This document shows positions 47,464 through 61,100 of a DNA stretch of 64,000 bases, one piece after another. A model generated the notes under the pieces. The model was not told the origin of the DNA, did not search any database, and saw only the letters and a list, made by a program, of their open reading frames with translations. The stretch covers positions 13,766,001 through 13,830,000 of the forward strand of contig NC_087263.1 of assembly GCF_037042905.1 (NCBI RefSeq). The letters run 5' to 3'. How positions within the stretch are numbered: the stretch's first letter is position 1; each line of letters opens with the position of its first letter. The stretch is from Lytechinus pictus. Taxonomy: Eukaryota. The position numbers and the translations under genes were made by a program.

Positions 47464-48252
47464 TGTGACCAGGCAGCACAAAACAAAAAAAGTCGTCAGA
47501 AATGAAATTTTAGTTTAAAAGCTCTTCTGATGGAGGATACTCAAGCTTTATAATGATATATAACTCATTAACAATGATTGATCCTAAGGCTAACCCACTC
47601 AAGCAAGAGGAGAATGTTCACCACACTGCAACACACCTTTTGAGAAAAGGGGGATTAAAAATTACTCTGTTGTCTCACAATTCGGCAAACTGAAACCTGA
47701 GACAACAGATTATTTCCTTTGCCGATTCTATACTACCACGATGACCAACATCTTCCGTACTATTAAAAATTACTTGTCTATTGAAGAGCATTTATTCTTC
47801 CACTGTTGAAGAGCGCTTATTCTTCCACTATTGTGTATTGTAGACAAAAAGAAGATTACAAATCAATAGAATTTCGAAAGAAGGAATTATCAGTTCACAC
47901 ACTAATTATGTACATCCTGTCCATTAGTTTGAACAAGGATCATTATTAGAACTTATCCTATTTTAAATTTATAGGAGTTCAAAGAGAGACAAGTATTCAG
48001 GTTTTTCGTGGAGACAAAATATGATAACAGTTAACTCAAAAAGACAAAAATAGGTCTAATAAAAACACCCAAAAATAAACACTTTAGGTTTGATTGGTAC
48101 ATCCATTTTTTTACAGTAAAGAGGGGAGAGTATACTCTTTCAGAAAACACCAAAATCTGAAATTTGAACATTCTGACCAAAACACTCTTCATTGGCTCCA
48201 ATTGGAAATCACACAGTGCGACTTTTTGTGGGTTTTGTGGTGCTGGGTCACA
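47464..48252. mobile_element. MITE with TGTGAC...GTCACA termini downstream of the TALDO1 stop
   Basis: tgtgaccaggcagcacaaaac / gttttgtggtgctgggtcaca. Confidence 0.6.
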
Positions 48253-51200
48253 TTTAATTAAAAAAATCCTAATTTGGTGGGGTTTTTTTCAAGATAAAGA
48301 TATAATTGATTTGAAAAGGGGGAGTCGCCATTGAACATTACATGGTTATTGATCATTATTTCTTAATTTCAATATTTCATCAGATTGTATTTGGTTAACA
48401 GTACGCTGAACTTTATTTTCTTATTAATTGAGAAATTAAATTGTAATATTATTCAATGTTAAGTATGTTTCTGCTGGAATTATGTATTTATCCCATTCTG
48501 ATATTCTCTCAAATATGAAAATCATGGGGACATGCATGTAGTTGGGGATAATTCTCTGTACGAAAAATACAAAAATTAATATCTACGATCGTCTCTAAAT
48601 ATATTTTCACGTTTTGTTGTCAGTTTTGTAGTAAAGTGATGGTTATTTTAAAGATTAAATTACCTTAAACTTGAAATTTTTAACAAAAAAGAAAAAATCA
48701 GGTGAAAAACATTCCCCAAACCACACCGTGTCAACTCAGCATAGCGTCTTGTGATGTGTAGTACTTTCAATTTTATGTTGATACTCGGAAGAAGAAAAAA
48801 ACATTTGTAAGCAACATAGATTATGGAATATATATTTTGGTATTAGAGGTGTATATTTTATTTTGCATTTAGAATATAATTCATTTTCTAATTGTACTTT
48901 CTGTCAAACAGACTTTGTCATGTTACTGATGTTAGAATTTTTTCAGATAAAATTGTTGAAAAATTGATTCAATTATGAAATTATAAAACAGCAATATACA
49001 TTAGGATATCCTTGATACGTGTGAACACAAAATTTATATCTTGTCCACTAATTTCTAGTTCAAGAAAACATTGACTAATAATCAATTTCATTTTCTACCA
49101 ATGACATCAGATGTTCATGTGCCCAATGTGTGATTATTATTTTTTTTTTGCATTTGTAATTTTCTTACCGGTATATGAGTCTGGTAATAAAAAAAAATCA
49201 ATGTATTCTTCAGAGAAGAATGCTTTTACTATTGTAGTTTGGAAAATTGTAAAACTAACATTTGAGAAATGATAAAGGTTATATAATGGGGATATAGTAT
49301 TCAAAGGTTACTTTACCCAATGTATGTTGTATGCAAAGACTTAATAAAGTATTATGTACTATTCATATAATTATATGTATGTGCCAATGTTGAATTTTGT
49401 CTGAAACATTTTGATGTAGTTGTAAAGTTAAATATGCGGTGCATCCCAGAAAAAAAAAGAAAACAAGGCTCCACAGCTTTTTCCCCCAAAATACACTAAT
49501 ATATGGTATCTATACAGAAGCGTAGGCAGGATTTTCCAAAAAGGGGGGTTTTTAAGCTGAATGAAATGTTGATAACCCCCCCCCCCCAAAAAAAAAAAGG
49601 TCTACACCACCAATTTTAGGTCGCTCCTTACCAAAAAAATTGGCAAGCAAAAAAAAGGGGGGTCTTCAAAAAAAATTATGGGGGGGTGAACCCCTGTAAC
49701 CACCCCCTGCGTACGCTACTGTATCCATATACGCCATGCTAGCAGGATGCTAGATCATGCTCAATATAAGTTCTTAACTTTGATACCTAATACGATGCAT
49801 ACAGTTCAAGCATTTAGAGCAAGAAGATTTTGAAATTTCAATTATCAAAAGTTGCACAGAAATGGGTCAAGACTTGATCCTTAATTAATCTTATCTCCAA
49901 ATAAGAGTGGATGTAGATGCAAGCTAATTATCACTTATTTGATGATTTCCCCTTTGAGAAGTTTGAGTAGAGCACCAAAAAAGAAAAAGGTCTGGGGGCC
50001 CATTTGGGAATTGCGATTGATTTTTTTTACTCTCGTTTAAACGCAACTCTTTCTGCAACGGACCCCTGGACCCCGTCTTACAAAGAGTCGCAACTGATCT
50101 GATCAACCTCAACTATATGGAAATCCATCATTGTCATAATTTTTCCCACAGGAAATTTCCACAATGTGCTTTTTAAACAAATAGGAGAACACCCAATTGT
50201 CAAAGAGAACGATGAATGGACGAGTATACAACATACATGTATCTAGAAAACATTTTGAACAAATGTGCATTTTAGATGTTGGTGTAGCTGGCTTTCCATA
50301 GTTGTTGATTAGATCAATTTCAGCCCCCCATACTTTTTTCCAAAAACGACGAAAAATGACCATAGGATTGTGATTTTTTGCATGGTCAGCCCCCCCCCCC
50401 CCTTTGAAAACTGTTCCGTGGCCCCTGTACTCTACTTCCCAACCTCCACTTTCTCACCTTTCCATTTCACAATCCACTTTTATCTCAGTCCTTCCAGGAC
50501 TTTACATAGAAACAGTAAATTTTATGTGTGCTAGTCTTTGCATGGAGACCCACTTGTTAAAGTTTCAATCAGGGCCTGTGCCTGCAGACTAGACTTCACA
50601 CTTGGTGTACCGTAAACCGCTTCCACGACTCTTCATACCACCATGCAAACCTAACATTCCAAAATTACCCAGAAAAATGCAAAAAAGGAGAAAATACTTC
50701 TTTTACAACCATTACAGTCACACACATTTCTTTTTATTAAAGGTCCAATACCCGGTAATTTGTGTAAGAATGGATTGCAATGAGCTACATGTACATATAA
50801 ATATTCACATAATCATCCGATGGTCAAATTATTGCCAATACTTTTTACTTCATATCCTCATTCTAGCACAGGGGATCTCAATTACATTATGTTGAGGTGC
50901 CATATTTTTGTATAAAAAATTTGTACTACACCCTGAAGCCTTCTGGTTTGAGGCCTGTATATTAAAAAAAATAGGGCCTCCAAATTAACCACTATTTATT
51001 CAATTCTCCTTTTTTCACAATGGCTTGCATGCAGTGTGTGGCACTTCACAAAGCCCGAGTGATTTGCCACAAGTTGCTGTGACTTTTAAGAACCCCATCT
51101 TACAAAGAGTTAAAATTGATCCAATCAACCTGAAACTTGGCCCTGCTGAAGCACCCCCAAAATTTCCTTGGGGGTGCTGCATTTATTATTCTCCATAGGC

Positions 51201-51969
51201 AGCACCCCTAAGTATTCTAGAAAATGTGTAATAATAGAAAAATGTAACCAAAATGACCTTCATTTTGTAGTGAAACCGTTTTTTTTTTTTTTCTTTGCTT
51301 TTCAAATTTACATCAGCACCCCCAGTCAAAACTTGTTCCCAGGACCCTGATCTGAACTGTATGGAAATCCATCAATGGCATAATGTAATTTCTATTAAAA
51401 AAGGGGGAAGCACACTAAATTTTAAAGAAAACAACGTATGTATAAATATACAGCATATCTAGAAAATATTCTCAACAAACATGCATTTTAGATGTTGACG
51501 TTGCTGGCTTTCCAAAGTTGTGGTTGGACAGATCAATCGCAACTTTTTGCAAGATGGGGGGCCTATTCTAGCATCTTGCAAGAACCATGATGAAAGTTTA
51601 CAGAAAAAGTGTATGTCATCATTAGTTATGGACAGATCATTAAAAAAATTGATTATGAAAAATAAAAAAAATATTTCAGACACATCATTATCATTAAAAT
51701 GAAAAAATTAAAGTCTGTATTATACCGTCTTATTCTGGATGAATAACAATAGCACACAATTTAATAATCTGAGCCTGTCTTGCAAAGATTTGCGATTGAT
51801 CTGGTCAACCACAACTAAGGAAAGCCAGCAACGCCAACATCTACATTGTAAAATGCATGTTCCTTCAAAATGTTTCTGAGATATCTATATTCATCATTTA
51901 AATTAATTGTTGTCTTGACGATTCAGTGTACAAAAAGATATTGTGTAAATTTCCTGGAGCAAACATTTT

Positions 51970-52379
51970 GGCCCGAATTCACAAAGGTGATTTTGAAAAC
52001 CCACGGTTAAATCCATGTTTTATGCAGATTTCCTGTATAAATGACGCTTAATTTATCGCGTATCGGGCACTTGTATAAAGAAATGTCCACTGCTGATCCG
52101 CCAAATTTACACCTGTTACCATGGTTAGATACGCTCTTTTATTGATGAGTCCACTGTTTAAAGAGTGGACTCATTCATTCCAAACAGTGGACTCATTAAT
52201 AAAAAAGCGTACTTAACCATGGCAATAGGCGTCATATTGGCGCATTGTGACAAAAGCGCACATCATCATTGGACATTTTTCAATATGAGCGGTAAATAAG
52301 CGTAATTTTTACAGGAAATCTGCATAAAACCATGGGTTTAACTGATGGTTTAAAAAAACCACCTTTGTGAATTCGGGCC
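51970..52379. mobile_element. PIF/Harbinger-type MITE nested in another MITE
   Basis: ggcccgaattcacaaaggtg / cacctttgtgaattcgggcc; 3-bp TSD ttt; partial copy at ~38872-39095. Confidence 0.75.
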
Positions 52380-53424
52380 TTTGACATTGATGGATATCCA
52401 TACAGTTGACTATTGACGTTGATTGGCTCTATCACAACTCTTTGTACTGTTTGTAAGATAGGACCATGGGCACCATTTTCACAAAGCTCGTCAGCACTGA
52501 CAAGCTGTCCTCTGCGGAGACCAGTGCCCATCGGCCAATCAAATCCAAGTATTTCATCAAAAGTTTCAGAGATGAGAATTTAATTAGTGCAGGAAGCTTT
52601 CATGAAACACCCGTTTGACTGCTCGAAGGTATTAGAAAAGGGCTTAAAAATGTTACTTGACATATAAGAAAGGTCCACTTATTAACTCTCAACTGGAGAA
52701 TGGAAAAAAACCTGGAAAAAGGAACGGGTACAAATATAAAGTCAATCTATGTCAAACAATGATCCTAGTTGCAACAATTTTTTTTTTTCAAACCAGACAG
52801 TGAAAAACATAATATGGTCAAATACATTTCTGTTGACTCAATATAGACAACTCTTGCATAATATTCATAAAAACAAGGCAAATCTGTATTATTGAAAACA
52901 AACATTTATCACACACATAATGTAGGAATGACTTGTGATTTTTTTTTAGGTAAACATATTACGTCTATTAAGTGATTCAAATTTATACAGTAAGAATGAG
53001 GTATTTCTGTAAGTCTTTAGTCCAATCTTTTAACCACAATATTTGGAATGCAGTTTACATACATTTCCTCTTGCTATGTCTGGCAAGCCTCTGGCAGGCT
53101 TCCAAGATGAAAAGAACTACCAATGTTTGAAAAGCATGCATAGAAATTCAAACAAAATGCCAATAAAGACCTTGCTGCACCTCAAATTATATGAAAAATC
53201 TATATGCATATCAATTATTAAACATAATATAAAAATCACAAACTTTTAAGTGACTATACTAAAATAAAAGCTGACAAAGTGTTAAATTTTGTGCTTACTA
53301 ACAAACTAAAAGAATGGAATAGCATACCAAAGATGGTTGAGTTTTCATTTTAACTAATTCATGGAAAAAGCATGCATATATTGAGAGAAAAAAGTAAGGT
53401 GCAGCTCAGTCTGTTACTATTCCA

Positions 53425-53715
53425 GGGCCCCCGTCTTACAAAGAGTTACGATTACAAAGAGTTACGATTGATCCGACCAACCTAAACAATATGGAAATCC
53501 ATCATTTTCATAATTTTTCTAACAGGAAATTTGCACAATGTCCTCTGCTAAACAAAATGGAACACACTGAATTTTTAAGAAAACGAAGGATGTATGAGTA
53601 TACATCACATCTAGAAAACATTTTGAACAAAAATGCAGTTTAAATGGTGGCATTGCTTGGCTTTCCATAGTTGTGGTTGATCGGATCAATGGTAAATCTT
53701 TGTACGACAGGCTCT
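53425..53715. mobile_element. Dispersed MITE family (gggccccgtcttacaaagag); other copies at ~36710, 50068, 51090-51565 and 51772
   Basis: Copies share the terminal and internal sequence gattgatc...ggaaatccatca...ggctttccatagttg. Confidence 0.65.
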
Positions 53716-54079
53716 GAATTACATCAACAATGTAGCATAGCAAAGAATTCTATTAAACAAGTAGTATAATTTTAATAGTAAAATGTGATTTAGCCTTAAA
53801 GTAGAGTGCATTATTGCTTACCCATAAATGTCAGAATCTTTTAGAACACCTTTTACACATACATATACTCTTTCATTTTTTTTAGAAAATGAATTTAACT
53901 TTCAAATAAATGATATATAGATACAGTCTTTAAAAACATAACTTTGTACAAAATGGACGTTCATGATTACAATATCACAAATAAAATTAAAAAATCATTC
54001 ACAATCTTAAAAATAGTTGAGGCATGTACAGTATATCGCCCTTATGTCTCTTCTAATTATTACATACATTAAAAAGATA

Positions 54080-54348
54080 TTAATGTAGGAATTTTATAGC
54101 GCACGTATCTACCTTGTAAGTTGCTGAAGGCACTCCAAAATTACCCTGACCAAGCTCTTCTACCGATTCCGGTGCCCACAGCTTTTTAAGGAATTACTTC
54201 CGGCCAGTACCCATTTTATACCTCACCTGGAATGAGTGCAGCATGGAGTGGGTAAATTTCTTGCTGAAGGAAAGCATGCCATGGCTGGGATTCGAACCCT
54301 AAGACCCTCTGTTTGAAAGTCTCAAGACTAATCCACTAGGCCACAACT
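54080..54348 (-). mobile_element. tRNA-derived SINE; same family on the + strand at 60087-60360
   Basis: The reverse complement has gtggcctagtgga...ggttcgaatccc A/B boxes, a Meta-like core and a gcgctataaa tail. Confidence 0.75.
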
Positions 54349-55100
54349 CAAATAAAATTAATTAATTAATAAAATCATTCACAACTTAAAAAATGGTCAA
54401 GTCCTGTACAGTACATGTATATCACGCTTATGAATGTTTCTTCTAATTATAACCTACATAAACATGTCACGGAAGAAAGAATATGAGCCCATTGGAAAAC
54501 CTTATAAAAAAAACACAGCTGTTCTCATTTTACGATACTGGGCGATATCCGAAGTTCATTTTTTCACCCATCTCAAAATTTGTGTAATTTGGTAATTTTC
54601 ATGCTTAATCATGAACCTTTGTAATTTGCTATCTTTCCAATAGCAATGTAGCAAAACTTAGCAATTAACATGCTTATTCATTGTATATAGTTCTAATTTT
54701 CTGTTTCCAGGTTCTCCCACAAAAGGGTGACTTACTAAAAAGATCTTACTAAAAAAGTATAAAAAGTTACTAACTCATAAAAAAGTAAAGATAACAAAAA
54801 AATAACAATACAAAATGAATCACACATATCAATGCACGATCTAGGGGAATGAAATTTGTTAAATATTAACCCCATTAAAGTTTAATGGTGCCCTTTCGAA
54901 CTTTACGTGTACAGCAGTTTTTCTAACACGTTCATACAAGAGCTAATTTCAACATTTAAATTTATGAATTCCCTATTTCTAATGTATTATTGCATGGCAC
55001 TGCAATAAATATTTCATCACACAAAATGTATACCCTTAAGATCCTGAGCTGGCAGATGGAAGTTATTTTTCTATTGCACTTTCTGTTTCCTGTTACGCAA

Positions 55101-55175
55101 TCAAGATGCCGCCATATTTCCTGCATCCTTACTTCTGCTCCTTGCAATCATTAGGTCCTCCATGTGTTTGATAGC
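55101..55175 (-). CDS. PRELID2: PRELID2-like coding exon 6 (AIKHMEDLMIARSRSKDAGNMAAS*)
   Basis: Acceptor gtaacag; TGA at 55103-55101. Confidence 0.8.
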   Translation of the reverse strand, partial: AIKHMEDLMIARSRSKDAGNMAAS

Positions 55176-58100
55176 CTGTTACACAAGAAAAGGTTCATAA
55201 AAATAAAAGTGAACACATTTGCAAGTCAAGTGATATGCCTACTATCAGTATCAGCGCTTTGTAACTTTTGAAAAAACGCTTAATAAGAAGTAATTATTAT
55301 TATTATCTTTCTAGGAGTTATGTTTCTAATACTTATAAATATGGTGTATTTGTTTGAAGTTTTTTGTGATTCAAATGAATTAATGGATAGGATTAGGGAG
55401 ATATACTACAGGGAATACTTTTCATTTCATTTCACTCTCCCTGGTATTGCATCACGATTTGTTACTCTTTTTTTATGACTGCTACAAAAAAAAAATTGTA
55501 CAGCAATTATTGCTTAGAACTGTACAGAACGTACTTTGAAAGCTTTTCTCTGACAACCAGAAATGCTAATCAAATTTGAGAAGTAAGATTATTCCCTGTA
55601 CGGAACTGGAAAAAATGTTGGGAACTCTGAGCAGTAATAATACATGTATCTCAGCAATCTTAGCAATAATCAATGTATGTGTGTGTACCTTCTGAAAAAA
55701 AGCAATCAATAAATCAAATCAATCAATCAAATCAATCAATCGATCAATCAACAAAGCAATCAATCAATCTAAAAATCAATTAATCAATCAACATTTCAAT
55801 CAATCAATAAATATCAACAAATCAATCAATCAATCAATCAATCAATCAACAAAACAATCAATCTTTCTATCAAGCAATCAATAAAACAAGAAATCAACAA
55901 ATCAATCAATCATTAATCAACAACACAATCTTTCTATCAATCAATTTATCAATCATTCAACCAACCAACTAATCAATCAAAGCAATCAATCCATCAACCA
56001 ATCAATCAACTGACCAATAAATCAATCTTTCAATCAATTTTAATTTACCAATCAATCAATGATTAATCAACCAAGGAATCAACCAACCAATCAATCAATG
56101 GATCAATCAATTTATCAACCAATCAATCAATTTATCAACCAATCAATCAATTTATCAACCAATCAAATAACAGACCAAAAAATCAATCAATCAATCAAAT
56201 CAATCAATCATTCAATCGAATCACAGACCAAGAAATCAATCAATATATCAATCAATCAATCAAACAGACAATCAACCAACCAGCTAATCAACGAACCAAA
56301 CAAGCCTTACCCTTATTCCGTTCCTCTTTGCCGCACCTTGTAGAAAGAGTTCAACCAAATTACCCAAGGCACCAAAAACCCTGACGTCAACGCCTCCTCT
56401 CTGAGACATCACTGTCCTGTTAAAAAAAAAGGAAAACAAAATAAACCACCAATTCAGACATTGAATTATTTGAAGCCCTATTCCACCCAACTTCATTCAT
56501 CAATAAGCAGGTTGAGCAAGTTCCTTTCCTCCCTACATTGTTTATTTATATTTTTTCTTTGAGGAATGAATAGAAATATAGAGTGTTTCTTTATTAGTTA
56601 GAAATTTGTCAAGTTTGTGTCGAAAACACTGATTTTGGTGTTTCAACATTGTTACAAAATTCAAGATTCAAATATTCAGATTTTAGTAGTAAAAGTAACT
56701 ACTGCAATAGAAATAAGAGCAAAATAAATGCCTTCTCAAGGTATTTAATCTGGTATTAAATGGGGACAGAATGGCAAGATGACCAAAAGCTAAATTTATC
56801 TCCCAGTATTTTATTCGAGAAAAAATGGAGCCATTTTATACATGTACATGTAGCTAGCTACACAAAAACATTCTCTTCCATTAACATAGCCTTTTTCTTG
56901 TCCACCTTCCCTTTCATTTCTGCTAATTTTTTGTTTGATCATCTGAAAAGCAAGGGGGAGTGGGTCTACCATGTCCCCCTACTGTGCCTGGCTGCCTGCC
57001 CCTCATCATCTTCATACAATATGCCACTAATATGCTTTTTACACAAGCATATTATAGGCGAGGCTAAATCGCCATTTAGCCTCACCTAAAGTACAGGGAT
57101 AAAGGAAAAAGTAGTAGAAAAGGCTAGTTGCTGCAAACAATTATTTCATGAGAAAGTCCAGGTTACAAATGTAATTGTCAAAATATTATCATACATCTAG
57201 ATCTGGTACATAAATGTAAACTTATCTTTGTAAAATCATGAAATCTTAGCTCAAAACCGATAATTCTGATCAGCAATAACACAGAAAAGCATATGTGGGA
57301 CAGTGTACTAGTATTGCTTCAAAACATATACCCAACATTTGATGGAATTCCATGCTTATTTTACTCATTTCTCAGCAATTACGCAATTTCTTCCAGAGCT
57401 TTTTGGTACATATTATTTATTTATACATACAAACACTTTGATGGTAATTTAATTGGATTCTGTTCGAACTCATTTCAAGATCATTACCACAACTGGTATT
57501 TATCTTTAAGCTTCTAAGCCAACTTTCTTTTTACACAGCGTTTTTGCACAGAGGCCTAACCCCACCTATAGTACGGGATTATTTGGCCCTGCAAGATAGC
57601 AGGGTTATCCAAGCGATTGCAGTGCCAAGTAGTGAAAGTCTGGTGTTACGATCACTAATATAAAACAGAAACCCCGGCTAAGCCAAGGACAGTGCTCAAT
57701 TTATGCCCTCGGGGCAAAGGAGCCAGCATTGTCGTCCAATCAGAGATAAGCACTCATAAATGGCTACCACTAGTGATCGAAGGTTTACTAAATTTAGTTT
57801 GAGATAGAGGCAGAAAATCTGGCTTGTGTGAAAAGGAAAACATTTTAGTAAGGGGTTAAGGATAGCACAGGGTTAGCGAAAGTACAGAAATTCCAGTAGT
57901 TGCAGTAAACACTGATTTCATGAGAAAGTCTGTAAAACCAGGCTTAATTGTCAGTATATCATCGAGGATCTAGATCTGGTACAGTTACATAAACTGAACT
58001 TTGTGAAATCTTGAAATCTACGCTGAAAAATGTCCAGACTGAACTTCCCCAACACAGATAAGCGCACGTGGGACTGTGTATAATTATTGCTTTGAGCGTC

Positions 58101-61100
58101 GGGCCCGACGCTCTACCCGAATCCTGTGCTTATTTGCTGATTTCTCAGCAATTACACAATTTCTTCCAGAATCCTTTGGCACATGCGTTTTATTTATACA
58201 AACAGACACTTTGGTGGTCATTTCATTGGATTCTGTACGAACTCATTTTGATATCGTTACCAAAACTAGCATTTACCTTTAAGAAAAACTTGTGTAAAGA
58301 GCATATAATTGACGTTTATCATCTATCAAACATCAATCTTACCAATGTCTTGAATCCTTGCTCCTCTGTACTTCCGACTCCTCCCACGCCTGGGCGTATT
58401 CATACCATGTTATATTCCTGCTCTTTATCGTCAGCGTCTCCTTCTTGTGGTCAAACCAGCATTCTTCGCCCAAGAGGATCGCATCTTTATTGAAGACCGG
58501 TATCTGTGAGAAACGATGTAATGAAATATCCTCCACTCTTAAAGCATGTCTTAAAAAACCTTTGATAAAGGAACAATATTAATAATTATTATTATCTAAC
58601 TTTACATTTATTTAATGAAGTGGTCAACTATCTTCATTCATCCATTAAATTTCTTTGTGAACATTTAAATTGTGATCTGTTTTACAATAAAAGTGACCTC
58701 TATTTGGGCCCGTTGAGCATAAGTACAACTGTATAATCTTAGAGTGATTGGATCAGAAAGCAGACTGAGAATATCCTGAAATTTTCACAGCCCATTCTAT
58801 TCTTAAAAAGTATAAATAACCAAAAAATATGAAAAATTTTGTTTGTTTTTTACTGGGCAGCTGATCAAAATAGATCCAGTAAGACACATTTTGTATCATT
58901 TATATATAAATATTGTTTACTTTATAATAATCTAGTAATTATTTGGAATGGTGACATGGTCTTTTGGGAGAATTGTTGAATTTTCAAAAAATACTCAGAG
59001 CTACATGTACTTGCTCACCCTTTTGAGGATTGATGGCATAATATTCCTGCATACCATCACTCTCTTCCAGTACTCCACATCATCCTTCCTATCTGGAATA
59101 AAAGAGATCCACGAGAAAATGTAAGAAATAAAATACTTCATTTTGTTCTTGGCTCAGTCGGTAACGCGTCTGCCCGTCGAACCAAAGATTGTGGGTTCGA
59201 GTCCATCCCGGGCGGATGACTGAAGCCAGTGCGTTGTGTGAAAACTTCTCTCCCATGTTTCATAGATGCAGGCTATGTTACAATGGAAAACACTCCGTCT
59301 CTCCGTTAGGACGTTAAATGGAGGCCCCGTGTAGAAGAGAGTCACCACCTTTGCACCTTAAGAACCCAACGCAATATTCGTATAATAAAGAGTAGGGGGA
59401 AATCCCGGTGTAGTGGTCCACCTGCGCTCCCCCCAATCAGTTATCGGGAGGAGAGACCTGCAGGTCATATTGATTCAGTTCGCTTTTCGCCTCCCAGGCA
59501 CAGGTGATCGATCGATGCCAAACAAATAATAATAATTTGCAGGGGAGTGGTCAGATTATTTATTGCATGAGGGTGGATTGATCTCCTTTTTGGTGCTTGG
59601 TTGTAGAACTTCATTTTACAACCAAGCACCAAAAAGGAGAAAAGGAAGAAAAGGAAAGGGAAAAGTGTGATATGATGCTATAAATCTGTATATTTTTTAT
59701 GTCAAAATATATCACAAAGTATTTTCATGAAATTATTCTATTCAATATAGATACAAAAAAGTTAGTTACAAAAAATATTACTGAGGGTAGAATTAGCAAA
59801 TCAACGTGTATGAAAACCTGCCTGAAGTTTTTGTAAACAGTTCATTGGTCTATTTTGATATTTCAAACTATTCTATTCCATATTCTATTCTAATAGTCAA
59901 ATGAAACAAGCATTCTTTTCAACTGAATTAGTATCCTTCACCTTTAAATCAGATGTAATCTTATTCTTCCTCTACAGTAAAGAAGTTCAAACACTGTCTC
60001 AGGTTATAGGTTTAGAAAATCAGTATCAGAATAAATTTTCACAAATAATAAATTCATAAATTATACAAAGAAAAATGATGATAATGATGTAATGGTATAG
60101 TGGTTAAGACTCTTATCTTTCAATCTGAGGGACGTGTGTTCAGTTCCCAGCCATAGCATGATTTTCTTGTTTAACAAGAAAATTACCCGCATTGTGCTGC
60201 ACTCCATCCAGGTGAGGTGAATGGGTATCGGCAGAAAATAATTCCTCAAAAAGCTGTGAGCACCGGAATCGGTAAACAAGCGTTGCCGGGTTATATGGGA
60301 GTGCCTTGAGCTGAGCACCTAGCAAGGCGGATACGTGCGCTATATAAATCCTATTATTTTACTTTCATTTTTTATCCTATTCCATTATTGAGAAGTGGTT
60401 ATAGGTAACAAACATCAACAATAACAGCTCTATTCATCTGTCCTTCAAATGAATCTCTAGATTTACATTTCAGAATCCGAATACAGAATTTGGCCCTTTC
60501 TTTTTTTAACAAAAAAAAAAGAGATTTCCAGCTACAGAGTTTGGCCTTTCCTATGTTTTAAAAATAGGAGAGATTTCAAGCGATGTTTCAAAGCTTGTGA
60601 AACCAAATTATCTCATATATTTAAAAAAATAATACTTTGGCTATTGCTGCTCTCAGTCTTACTGTAGGCCTACTTGACCTACATGTAGCCAAAGTTTCTT
60701 TAAATTTTGTTTACTTAAACTTAAAAAAGACCCAATTGGACTTTGACATTGAATGATCCACATCAGATTAATCTTATCATCAAAGTTATCAATAAGAATC
60801 AATCCATTTGTTGTTTACATGTAGCCTACATCCTTCTTCTTCTTCTTTGTTTGGTTTGGCTGTCAACCATTCGAGAGATTACTATTTTTGCCACTGCTTT
60901 TCAGAGCTTTTTTTTTTCTTTGAAAGGATTAGTTTTGTTGCTTACCATGACGATATTCCTCTAGCCTTACTTCCAGGACATCCATCTTTTTGTTTGGATA
61001 CTACATGTACAAGACAGAGAAAACACAATGCAAGATAAAAATCTATTATTAAAGAAAACTTCACACAGTAAGATTGCAAGTGCTTCTATGAGAATTATAA

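Noticed and set aside
56059..56343. Asn/Gln/Ser-rich 94-aa ORF
   Set aside because: Translation of the (TCAA)n microsatellite, antisense to PRELID2.
59150..59225. tRNA gene (also 40823-40895, 60087-60155 and 54280-54348)
   Set aside because: A/B boxes are present but there is no clean cloverleaf, and each continues into a SINE core and tail.
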